A program made the translations under genes and the position numbers. The notes below the pieces were generated by a model that was not told the origin of the DNA, did not search any database, and saw nothing but the letters and a program-made list of their open reading frames with translations. A DNA stretch of 64,000 nucleotides from an uncultured Methanosarcinales archaeon (GTDB taxonomy: Archaea; Halobacteriota; Methanosarcinia; Methanotrichales; Methanotrichaceae): positions 61,381 to 125,380 of the forward strand of contig CAWJKV010000018.1 in NCBI GenBank assembly GCA_963843555.1, given 5' to 3'. This document shows, piece by piece, positions 44,262-54,037 of this stretch (positions are counted from its first letter, which is position 1; every line of letters starts with the position of its first letter).

Positions 44262-45440
44262 TCACACCCGCCAGATCTCTTGCGGCAGCTTGGTCAGCCT
44301 TTCCGCCCCGCTTCTGCCAGTCAAGAAGGTATCTTCAATTCCCACCACTCCCACGCCGGGATAAATCATCTTCGGCTCCACGGCTACGGTCATGTTCTCT
44401 GTTATGGGATGGTCCACGGGACCCAGGACGGGATACTCATCTATCTCCAATCCCACACCGTGACCCACGAAACCGGCTTTGCCGCCGGGTGGGCCACCCA
44501 GGAATTCCTGATAGCCGAGCCTCGTGCCTTCCTCTTCGCAAGTCTCAAAGATCTCCCGGCCTGTCTTTCCGGAGCACAGCTCTTTGGCAATCGTCTCTTC
44601 GATCTGCAATGCCGCAATATGAGCCTCTTCCAGCTTTTTTGAGAGATGCCCCAGGCAGAAAATCCGGGTCTCATCGGCAATGTAGCCGTTGTAAGACCCG
44701 GCAAAGTCCACCAGCACCGGCTCGTTTCTCTTGATCTTTCGAAATCCCGGTCCCTGGGGAAAAAACATGGATACGCCCTTTCCGCCCGTAGGGGATGAGA
44801 CGAAACTGGGGAGCGCAGCATTCTCTCCGGCCATGAGGTGGCCCATGGGAAGTGCCTGGTTGAATCTATGAAAAGCCACTCTGCCCGGATGGCCCATGAC
44901 CCTCATGGTGCTCTCCACATTGACCGCCAGATCAATCTCACGCATGCCTTCCCGGAGGTGATCCGGAACAGCGGAGATTCCGGCGTCCAGAACCCTGGCC
45001 GCCTGCCTGACCAATTGGATCTCGAAATCAGACTTAACAGAACGAATGTGCTTGGTCATTTCGGAGATGTCAACGAACCTGACGTCCTTTCCCAGGGCTT
45101 TCTCCAGCCGGGCATAATTATTGTAGGGAAGCACATCCAGCTCCAGGCCAATGCGGGCGCGGCCTGGCAGATCAAGGTCTGCTTTGAGGAACTTGAGGCT
45201 CTTATGTGCCCGGACTTCGAGAGGAGATTCCTCCCTGGCCCTTTCCAGACTCTTGCGTATCATGAGCACTGGCGGGGCGTTTCTGGGGATGTAAATCAGC
45301 CCTTCCTGAGAAGTACCCGAGAAATAGCCCAGGTTAATGGATTCAAAGAGCATTACACCAGTCAAATCCCCCATAAGGCTTTGAAGCTTCCTTATCCTGG
45401 CATCGATCTCAGACCTGGGATGAAGAACATACTCCATCAA
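44262..45440 (-). CDS. M24 Xaa-Pro peptidase family protein
   Basis: R.VKS..EI, GY.AD.TR, GHGVGLEIDEYP, EPK, GIEDT. Confidence 0.9.
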   Translation of the reverse strand: MMEYVLHPRSEIDARIRKLQSLMGDLTGVMLFESINLGYFSGTSQEGLIYIPRNAPPVLMIRKSLERAREESPLEVRAHKSLKFLKADLDLPGRARIGLELDVLPYNNYARLEKALGKDVRFVDISEMTKHIRSVKSDFEIQLVRQAARVLDAGISAVPDHLREGMREIDLAVNVESTMRVMGHPGRVAFHRFNQALPMGHLMAGENAALPSFVSSPTGGKGVSMFFPQGPGFRKIKRNEPVLVDFAGSYNGYIADETRIFCLGHLSKKLEEAHIAALQIEETIAKELCSGKTGREIFETCEEEGTRLGYQEFLGGPPGGKAGFVGHGVGLEIDEYPVLGPVDHPITENMTVAVEPKMIYPGVGVVGIEDTFLTGRSGAERLTKLPQEIWRV

Positions 45441-45514
45441 AGATTCACCTTGACTGTTCCGTTTATACCCGTAATGTGCTTTCTGTCTTAACCTTTCCGC
45501 CTCATATTCCCATC

Positions 45515-46198
45515 TTATTTCTTCATCAAGCCCTCTTTCTCCCCGATCTTCAACCCCATCCCTATCTCTTCTTCCAGGTCCAGTAGATATCTCTTCAGCA
45601 CCTCAGACCTCCTGCCGGCAAGCTCCCTGGCGGTCTTTGTGTGCATACCTGATTCGAGCTTGAGAAGTTTTTTGTAGAAATGATCCAGGTTCCATTCTTT
45701 ATCATCCGGTTCCCGGGTTTTGCAGAAGGGATCCCGAGGGTTGTATAGCGCTCGCTTGAGCGTACCTCCCGTCATGAAGACTCTGGCTATCCCGATTGCT
45801 CCCAGGGCGTCCAGCCGGTCTGCATCCTGTAGGACTCTGGCCTCCAATGTGACGGGTGTAATGCCTTTGGAGAAGCGGTGTACCTCTACGGCATAGAGCA
45901 CCTTCATTCTCTCTTCCGCAGGGAGCGCGACCTTTTTCAGGAAATCGTCTATCATTTTCCGTCGTCGAGACTCCGACTCCTCTGAACCCTGGGAGAGCTT
46001 TGAAGCTGAACCCATATCATGAAGCAGGGCCGCCCAGAGAAGCACCTGCATATCCGCACCTTCCTTCAGGCCGATGATTTGCGCGTTCTTGAAAACCCTC
46101 AGGATGTGGGAGAAGTCATGCGCAGGATCTGCTCCCTGGTACAATGGCTCGATATCATCTATCCAGGACTCTGGACGTAAGTCGCTACAAGAGCTCAT
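45515..46198 (-). CDS. HD-domain phosphohydrolase
   Basis: AHDFSH..RV, LLHD, HRFS, QDADRLDALGAIG. Confidence 0.9.
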   Translation of the reverse strand: MSSCSDLRPESWIDDIEPLYQGADPAHDFSHILRVFKNAQIIGLKEGADMQVLLWAALLHDMGSASKLSQGSEESESRRRKMIDDFLKKVALPAEERMKVLYAVEVHRFSKGITPVTLEARVLQDADRLDALGAIGIARVFMTGGTLKRALYNPRDPFCKTREPDDKEWNLDHFYKKLLKLESGMHTKTARELAGRRSEVLKRYLLDLEEEIGMGLKIGEKEGLMKK

Positions 46199-46228
46199 CA
46201 GAGAAAGGAACTCTTCACCTTATATAAA

Positions 46229-46636
46229 TCAAATTTCCAGGACATCCATGGTCATATCATGATAGTACTCGATCCTCCGGGGAGTGAACTTAATAACCAC
46301 ATATTCAGGGTTATCAGGCGTTTTAAAATACTGCTCAAGCTTCGGATCCCAGAATTTCTTTTTCGTCTCCAGGTCGTCATGAACCCTGGCCACACCCAGA
46401 ATCGTAACATAGGGATCGACATAGTTCTTGCCGGACCAGATAGAAAGAGCAACTTCGGGATTCTTTTTGATTTGCTCGACCTTGCGAGTGCTTTTCATTG
46501 TGGCTCCTACAAGGCTCAGATCGCCCAGACCCGTCACGGCCATAAATCTCACCGCAGGCTTGCTATCCTGCGCTGTGGCCACAGCCGCAACATGCTCGCC
46601 ACCCGTGACCTTGAGAATGTCTTCTTTCAGGGACAT
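46229..46636 (-). CDS. Pyridoxamine 5'-phosphate oxidase-like / general stress protein 26 (FMN-binding split barrel)
   Basis: VAT....P.VR.M, T....RKV.QI..NP.V, W....YF..PD.P.Y. Confidence 0.85.
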   Translation of the reverse strand: MSLKEDILKVTGGEHVAAVATAQDSKPAVRFMAVTGLGDLSLVGATMKSTRKVEQIKKNPEVALSIWSGKNYVDPYVTILGVARVHDDLETKKKFWDPKLEQYFKTPDNPEYVVIKFTPRRIEYYHDMTMDVLEI

Positions 46637-46718
46637 GATGAATAATTATGGTAGTAATCGTTAATAAAATTATAGGACAAGGAGAGGACGGATTGGGACT
46701 GGATGTACAGGGCAGGAA

Positions 46719-47194
46719 TTACGCCTGCATTTCTCTCTTGATCACTTCTGCCGATATGGCAATCCCCTTGCAGGTATGCATATTGAGCGAAAGAAGCAGG
46801 CCGACCACTTTTCCGTCCTGCACCAGCGGGGAGCCGCTGTCTCCTGGGCCGGGAAGGTTGCCCGGCGGCAGGACGATATAGGCGATGGACCAGGATGTAT
46901 CGGAGATTCTGCAACACATGCTGTGCCTGGCATTTTTCAGTTCGACGTCGCCCAGGCGTGGCTTGCCGAGCTCCGTGGGCTGGCAGGCCCCCAATATGGG
47001 AAAGAAGGCCAGATCGGCGTCGTTCGGAATGTAAGCCACTTGCAGGTGAGATTCCCCACACGCAGATCGCGCGTGCCTGCAGCGTGGAAGATATGTGCCG
47101 GGGCTACACCTGCAAATGCCCCGCGCCAGGGAACTATTGCCCCGACAACGCCGCCGGAGCGGCCTGTGATAAACTGGTCACCGGATTTGATCAT
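46719..47194 (-). CDS. Small trypsin-like serine protease; frameshift ~47040
   Basis: Triad motifs AH, DADLA, GDSGSP across two frames. Confidence 0.65.
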
Positions 47195-47826
47195 ACTTGA
47201 TCTTCTTTAACGGTAGCCATAATTCAGCTACTCTGCTCGGCATTTGGAGTAGGATGTTCCGAAATCGATATCGACGCCCTTTCGTTTGTTATCCTGCTCG
47301 CCACGCAGCCAGGAGAGCCCATCCCGGTTGCCTTCGATGCTGGGCCGGAGCAGTTGAGCTTGCGCATGATCTTCGAAGGCTCGGGATGGGTCTACCACGC
47401 CGGGATTGAGCTTCTGGAGCTGAAGTGTCAAGAAGCCTGTGAAGTAGAGGCCGGTCTCATCGCCTCGCAGTCGTAGCTTCGGGTGGATTGACGCTCTGCC
47501 AGCCGATCTGCTCGGCCTAGCTCAGCATGGGATTCTGGACGGAGGAGCGTTCACTCATGAGATAGCCTTCCCTTTAAGGACCCCTCACATTTATGCAGTG
47601 ATTAATGCATCGGCCAGAGATCCCATTTCGCGACTTTTCACTAAACCGAAAGCCATTCCTCGCGGGATTTGCCGGCATCTTCGCATGTAAATCGATGATG
47701 TCAATCATCTCGATCGTTCTCCGTCTATAGTGGAGTGACTGCTGTTTGGGTATGTTTAATATAAAATATTAGAGATTTATACTAGGTTTTAAGTATGTTG
47801 AAGCATACTAATTTATGGGGATTTGA

Positions 47827-48139
47827 ATGGATACGTTCGAAAATGCTATTATGATGATGAGCAAGAGTGTCCGCCGCAGAGAGGATGAAGATGGTCAAGG
47901 AGAAGACGGGCATGTGCATCTGTCCCGATTGTCCGACCTACATAGACTGCGCCAAAAATGCTCGGGAACGCCTCTTCTGCATCCACGGCACTAGCTTCGT
48001 CTGCATCTCCCAGGAAGTGGATTGCATATGCCCGAGCTGCCCAGTTAGTGCGGATATGGGTCTGTTAAGCAATTTCTTCTGCACCAGGGGCGGAGAGGCA
48101 GCCCAGCGCTGGACGAGAGGGCTGATGGGCAAGAAGTGA
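47827..48139 (+). CDS. DUF2769-like Cys-rich protein; +1 frameshift ~47865
   Basis: CICPDCPTY..C...LFC..G.S..CI...CICPSCPV......FFC. Confidence 0.8.
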
Positions 48140-48240
48140 TGTCCCCAGCTCCGTTTTTGTCTGTTTTGAAATGAAGTTCTTCTCTCTTCGTGATGGGACG
48201 ACCTGGAGATGACCGAGGCTGCAAATTGTCCCAGAACTAT

Positions 48241-50215
48241 TCATTCCACTATGAGCTGGCCCGTCATCTGCGTCGGATGTATGTCGCACCTGAAGAAATA
48301 GGTCCCGGGTACAGCTGGCGCATCAAACGTGTACTCTGTCTTCGCAAGACCGGTCACTATCTGCCCTCTGAAGATAATCTTCTCTGCATCCTCCGTCTCA
48401 TATACGGCAAAGTTATGAGGGACACCGCTGTCCCGGTTATTGAAGTTCACAATAACTTTCGCTCCTGCTGGCACTGTTATGATGCTCTTATCAAATGCTA
48501 TATTTTCTGCAACCAGATCTACGGTAACGCTTTGAGGCGCGGCAGCAGACTGGTTTTGGGTATTTCCATTTGGCATAGTAGCAGCTGCGCCCAAACCGGT
48601 CATGTCGTTCTCCCTGGGGCGAGCAACACTTACCTCTGAAGACTCGAGAAGATCCGAAGATACGACATAAAACTGGCCTGTCATGACCTTGGGGTGAACA
48701 TCGCATCTGAAGAAATATGTGCCTAAATCAACCGGCGCATCGAATGCATAGGTGATCTTCGCAGGGCCGATCACTATCCGTCCTTGGAAGATGGTACTTG
48801 TAGCATCTGGACCCGTATATACAGCGAAGTTGTGAGGCATGCCGACGTCCAGGTTAACGAAGTTGATGAAGACTTTCGAACCGGCGATAACTGTGATTTT
48901 GTCTTTATCAAAATTCATATTCTTGGCTAAGAGGTCTACTGTTACTCTTGTAAACGGCTGGGGAGTAGTTGTAGATATCGGCACAATAGATATATCACTA
49001 CCAGGTTCGGCCAATGATATTGGCTGCGGGTTCGCTTCGACCTGGCTCATCTCTGCCATATCAAGTTGATGCCCATCGGAAGGTACCACGATAACTTTGG
49101 CCTCCATATTGGGATGAATCATACAGTAGTAGTCGTAAGTTCCTGGATCCTGGAAGGCGTAGCTGAAGTTTTCGCCCTGATCCATTACGCCAGAATCGAA
49201 CAGGCCGTTTACACCGGTCACCGTATGAGGACACGGAGTCGAAATTCCTCCAGACAACATGAGTTCCGACAGGCACTGTGATTGAATCTGGATTATAGGC
49301 ATGTTTCTTGATCTCTACCAATACTGACTGTGCGTGATTGACTGCTGCTCTGCTCTCTTCTGTCCGGTTCGCTTCTATTTGGCCATCTTCTGACTGACTC
49401 ACTCCAGCCCCGGCAGGTCTAGATCCTCCAGAAGGTGTCACGATAACTTTGGCCTTCATATAGGGGTGAATCATACAGTAGTAGTCATAGGTTCCTGGAT
49501 CCTGGAAGATGTAGCTGAAGTTCTCGCCCTGATCCATGACGCCAGAATCGAATAGGCCGCTTGTGCTGGTAACTGTGTGAGGAGTTGAATCTTGATTGGT
49601 CCAGATGACGGTAGTTCCAGCGGGGACGGTAATTGCATCTGGATCGAATCTGAAGTTCTTGATCTCTACAGATATGGTTTGCTGCTGCAAAACCTGCAGA
49701 CTATCCCTCTCTGACATATTCTGCTGAGATATATTTTCTATAGCTTCAGTTGCGTTTTCTTGTGGATCAAGGAAAATCGATCCTCCGGAATTTGTTATGT
49801 AAAGTTGCGAGTATATGTGCACACCAAGGACGAGCGATAGTATCCAGAAAGCCGCTGCAACCCGCATCGTCGGCTTTATCTTCAAATAGGGTTTTACATA
49901 TCTCAGGAAGACCAGATTTATGTAAATCCAGAAAACAACTACCCCCAGGCCCAATGCATGGTGGATAAAGATCTCCGATCCCAATATGGCACTGCCTGCC
50001 GGCAGATCCACAAGAACGCTCATGGCAGGCAGCATTATGCCAACGATTGCCAGGATCTGCACAGGAACTATGATCCTCATGACTGCACAGTGCCTCTTTA
50101 AGCTCCTTTTCTTTGCCAGATATATGGATCCTGACAGTGCCAGCGCCAGTATAATCTGCACTGTTATATTCAGGGCTACGAGGGTCATGATGTCCAAGGC
50201 CATGATATTCCGCAA
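48241..50215 (-). CDS. Membrane-anchored multi-cupredoxin: 4 TM helices + four type-1 copper domains; +1 frameshift ~49231
   Basis: Sites PHTV..CMIHPYM, PHTV..CMIHPNM, PHNF..CDVHPKVM, PHNF..CDIHPTQM; TM His residues. Confidence 0.85.
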
Positions 50216-50271
50216 GGATTTTGAGAACTTAAGCTTAACTCAGCCCTGCTAGTGTTTTAGCTCAGCCTCAA

Positions 50272-50968
50272 TCATATCCCGGGGAAGTACTCCTGTTTGA
50301 TCTGGTTCTCAGGTATCCCCAAGTCTTTAAGTAAGGACCTTATCGAATCCACCATCTCCCTCGGGCCGCTGGTGAAGAAGACGCTGTTGGCATAATCTGG
50401 CACCTCTCGGACTACCATATCCCGGTCTATTCTTCCCTTAAGTCCTTTCCAGGCTGGACTTGGCCTGGTTATTGTATTCACGACCTTGAGATTAGGATTC
50501 TGCTTCGCCATGCTCTCCAGATCATCCTTGAAGACTATGTCGCTTTCGTAGCTGTTGGAGTAGAGCAGCACTATGTTTGCACTCAGCCGTTTATCCGTCG
50601 AGTAACGGATCATGCTGCGCAGAGGAGTTATGCCGATGCCTCCTGATAGCATGCAGACCCGGTCGTGCTCTCCATCAAATGTAAAGTCTCCGTAAGGTCC
50701 TCGGATAGTGACTCTATCCCCGGCCTTTGCTGCTTCCAGAGCATTGGAAAATTCGTGGCCGGTCAGCCTCTTTGTGACTTCGAGAAAATCCTCTGTCGGG
50801 CTGCTGGAGATTGAGAGGTGCTTTGTCTTCTGCCCGTCTTTGCCGCTCAGCGGTTATGAACATAAACTGGCCTGGCAAGTATTCAAAATCCTTTGGCCTG
50901 GCAAACCTTACAGACAGGGCATCCCTGGTTCTCAACAGAACCTCAATAACCTCAGATTCAGCCTGCAT
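50272..50968 (-). CDS. FNR-like FAD/NAD(P)-binding oxidoreductase; +1 frameshift ~50851
   Basis: PGQF, LSISSSP, GPYGDF, GGIGITP, SGP..M, terminal E.F. Confidence 0.88.
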
Positions 50969-51368
50969 TTCTCTTTCCCGAAGAAAGACGTATTCATCTT
51001 TTCATATAATTCTTCCGAAGCGGGCGGGGGCAGAATGATCACGATAATAACGCATCGTTATTTCAATTGGAACGTTCTTAGATAGATTTAGGACGTCTTC
51101 ACGAAACCGAGTTACAGATCATTTCGACATCTATGCGGAGCGCGGCTAAGCTGTATGAAAATCCATGTCCGTTGCCAACCTGTGCGATACTGTAGCCGGA
51201 TGCAGCAGTGGGAAATAGGCACGTTTTTCGCACAATTAGCTTTAGCGATGTGAATTAGGGGATGAAAATGAAGTTGCACAGCGCAAAGTTGATCTTTTTA
51301 ATTACGACTGATGAAGTTAGCATGCTCATTGTTAATCAAAACCGAGAAATATTATCTGCAAAAAAAGG

Positions 51369-51845
51369 CTACCTGTAATCAACCGGCAGATAATCCCATG
51401 AGTAGTAGGGTACGTTGCCAAAATACGGGGATCGATAGTAGGGATATGTATTGAGGTAGGCGGGCTTTCCCGTTTTGGGATCCATATAAAAGTTGACCTG
51501 CATCCCAGTGTAAGGATTGATATAAGCGTAGACAGGATACCCGGTATTGGGATCGACGTAAACCTCTCCAAGCCAGCCTACGGTGTAGTTGAGCGACTTC
51601 CAGACGTAATAAGGATCTGGCACCAGATTTCCATTGACAACTATGCTTCCTTTGGGCGCGCCGCCCCATGTCCAGAGATCATTTGTGGCACCCTGCATAG
51701 CAGGTTGAGGATTCAGGACTTCATAGCTAGCCCGGTTACTATCGAAACCTCCGCTCATGCTGGAAGCATAGCCCGCGCTTTGAGCAGAGCAGCCTGAGGC
51801 CATCAGGTATATTATCATTAGGATTACTGCAAATGCAGCTTTCAT
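51369..51845 (-). CDS. Secreted/lipoprotein-like Tyr/Pro-rich hypothetical protein
   Basis: Signal with SGC, LW.WG..PKG motif, three Y.(D/N)P.TG.. repeats. Confidence 0.75.
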   Translation of the reverse strand: MKAAFAVILMIIYLMASGCSAQSAGYASSMSGGFDSNRASYEVLNPQPAMQGATNDLWTWGGAPKGSIVVNGNLVPDPYYVWKSLNYTVGWLGEVYVDPNTGYPVYAYINPYTGMQVNFYMDPKTGKPAYLNTYPYYRSPYFGNVPYYSWDYLPVDYR

Positions 51846-52379
51846 CTTGGGATCCTTCTCATAAAAGATGGGGCGCTAGCGATAAAAGTCTTTTGCAATC
51901 CACACTCCACACGTCCATAAGTACCCACGCAGGATTATGATCTGCCTTGGTGATTTTCAGCCGCAGGCATGGAAAATACGTCCGCTCACCTGGGCTCCCG
52001 CGCGCACGGGCATGCGGGTGTGTGGCCGCTCGCGTGTGGGAGAGCGAGAGCGAGAGCGCCGGATGTCCCGCCGGAGCATTGGGATCAAGTCAAAGGTGTG
52101 GCTGGAAGAAGGACCTTTTGAGTAATGTGATGTCAATATGTGCTGCTAATATCGTATGGAGCCTTACCGATGACAGCCTCTCTCATTAGGAGAAGAGGAC
52201 GGTCGTAGTTGTGACAGTGAAATAAATCTCAAGAATCGACAGCTATAGGCAACTTTCGCAAGAAGCCTCATAGAGTCAATTGTTAGCGGTCGAACAGTAC
52301 TCGGCTACAAGACCGCCTTTTTAATCCCTGCCGAAATCGTCTTGGGACTGCCTAATTCATTGATGAGCCATGCTATTCT

Positions 52380-52550
52380 CTACTTTTTCCACCCTTTCTT
52401 TCCAGCAGTTGTTGTTGTCTGCGCCCCCTTCTTCCCCACGCTTGTTACTGCCTTCTTTGCATCTGCACTTCCAGACGTCGCATTCTTCACTCGATCCATT
52501 GCTGCTTTCTTCGCATCAGCATTTCTTCCTTTATCTTTTTTATTTTGCAT
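52380..52550 (-). CDS. Small Lys/Ala-rich basic protein (56 aa)
   Basis: ATG..TAG ORF MQNKKDKGRNADAKKAAMDRVKNATSGSADAKKAVTSVGKKGAQTTTTAGKKGWKK, GGAG upstream and AT-rich promoter; below ORF-track cutoff. Confidence 0.65.
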   Translation of the reverse strand: MQNKKDKGRNADAKKAAMDRVKNATSGSADAKKAVTSVGKKGAQTTTTAGKKGWKK

Positions 52551-52684
52551 TTAAAATTCTCCGATTAAACTTATTCTGAGATCCTCTTTGAACGATATTT
52601 TTAAATAAAAGGCTTTTGGTGTCTGGATTGATATGTATAATAAATTTTTGGATTTTGGGATTTATCCGATAGTTGCGATGACAA

Positions 52685-52845
52685 GAACGGTCACCGTACC
52701 CGCCCACACCTGCGCTTCGGCACTCGTGGCTGTCTGGAGCCTCGAATGGTGTGCCAGTGGGCGGCCTCCGGGTCCAGCTCGGGCATACCCTCGGCTGCTT
52801 CGGGCAGTGCCTCAAAGCCATGCCGAACCAGTGGCGGGGAGCGTA
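52685..52845 (+). ncRNA. Candidate structured RNA / 5' leader upstream of cobT
   Basis: GC-rich island with 8-bp stem ccgcccac/gtgggcgg and two cUUCGg-type loops; family not recognised. Confidence 0.3.
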
Positions 52846-52980
52846 TATTCTTGAAGTGGAACTCTGTGAAGGAGCCTCCTTTCCAAGTCCGCTCAATGCC
52901 ACTTTCCCAACACACAAATGCACTTGAATTAAATAATGTTGCGTTGATTTAATATACAGGAACCTTCCTGGCAACAGATC

Positions 52981-54021
52981 ATGCCAGAATGGATCTACCC
53001 CGATTTCGGGCCGCGCCCCCAGCGGCCTTTGTTCCTCTGCATCATCTCCAACTCGGACACCGGCAAGATACCCGGCCTTTCCGCCGCAGGAACATCGCCT
53101 GCACTGACCGACTACACCCCGGGCGCAGATGCTGAGCTGGTGGAGAGCAACAAGATCATCACCATGCCGGAATTGCCCGAGGCTCCCGGCGGGTCGCCGA
53201 CCCCGGCTATAGTCACCAAGGCAGCCCTGAACCTGACCGGCATTCCCTCTCTCTTTGTGGCCTCGGGCCTGCGCAAAAAACCGGCCATTCCTTATGTCGA
53301 GCTGGGCGGCCAGGCCGGAAACGATATCCGAAAACAGAGCGCGGTCGACGATCCCCAAGGTTTGTATGAAAGAGCCGAAGGCCTTGGAAGGAAGCTCGCC
53401 AGGCTCTCTGACTGCGTCTTCATCGGTGAGTCCATAGCCGGAGGCACGACGACCGCTTTAGCAGTGCTGCGGTCTCTGGGCTATAACGGAAATGTGAGCA
53501 GCAGCTTTGCCTGTAACCCTTGTGAGCTGAAAGAGCAGGTGGTGAAAGAAGCAATGGCGCGTGCAGGCATTTCCTCGGGCAGCCTCAAGAACGACCCAGT
53601 TACTGCTGTCAAGGAGCTTGGCGACCCCATGATGCCTGCTGCCCTCGGCCTGATGAGCGGCTTGAAGGGCTGCAAGGTCGTCCTGGCAGGAGGAACCCAG
53701 ATGGCAGCTGTTCTCGCTCTTGGCAAGGCCCTGGGAGTGGAAGGGGACATCTCCATTGCCACTACGAAATATATCATAGACGACAAGACTGCCAGCTTCC
53801 GGGAGATTGTTGAGTCGACAGGCAGGCCCTACTTCTATGCAGATCCGGGTCTGGAGAACTCCAAGATCCCGGGCGTCCAGATCTATGCCCAGGGCTATGT
53901 CAAAGAGGGCGTGGGCATGGGCGGCGCCAGCCTTCTGGCGGGCCTTTACGGGGTGACACAAAAGCAGCTCGTCGAGGAGACAGACCGTGTGCTGATGACG
54001 GTAGAGCTGCCCAAGAAATAA
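52981..54021 (+). CDS. cobT: Archaeal nicotinate-nucleotide:benzimidazole phosphoribosyltransferase
   Basis: IPGLSAAG, TP.ADAE, GESIAGGTTTA, LAGGTQM, VKEGVG.GG. Confidence 0.9.
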   Translation: MPEWIYPDFGPRPQRPLFLCIISNSDTGKIPGLSAAGTSPALTDYTPGADAELVESNKIITMPELPEAPGGSPTPAIVTKAALNLTGIPSLFVASGLRKKPAIPYVELGGQAGNDIRKQSAVDDPQGLYERAEGLGRKLARLSDCVFIGESIAGGTTTALAVLRSLGYNGNVSSSFACNPCELKEQVVKEAMARAGISSGSLKNDPVTAVKELGDPMMPAALGLMSGLKGCKVVLAGGTQMAAVLALGKALGVEGDISIATTKYIIDDKTASFREIVESTGRPYFYADPGLENSKIPGVQIYAQGYVKEGVGMGGASLLAGLYGVTQKQLVEETDRVLMTVELPKK

Positions 54022-54037
54022 TCGCGAAAGAGTAGTC

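Noticed and set aside
52685..52980. Canonical cobalamin riboswitch, SRP RNA or RNase P RNA
   Set aside because: No B12-box, SRP helix-8 or RNase P GAGGAAAGUCC-type motif recognised; GCCACTG occurs only on the strand opposite cobT.
52540..53358. 272-aa minus-strand ORF
   Set aside because: Antisense to cobT and its leader; composition not protein-like.
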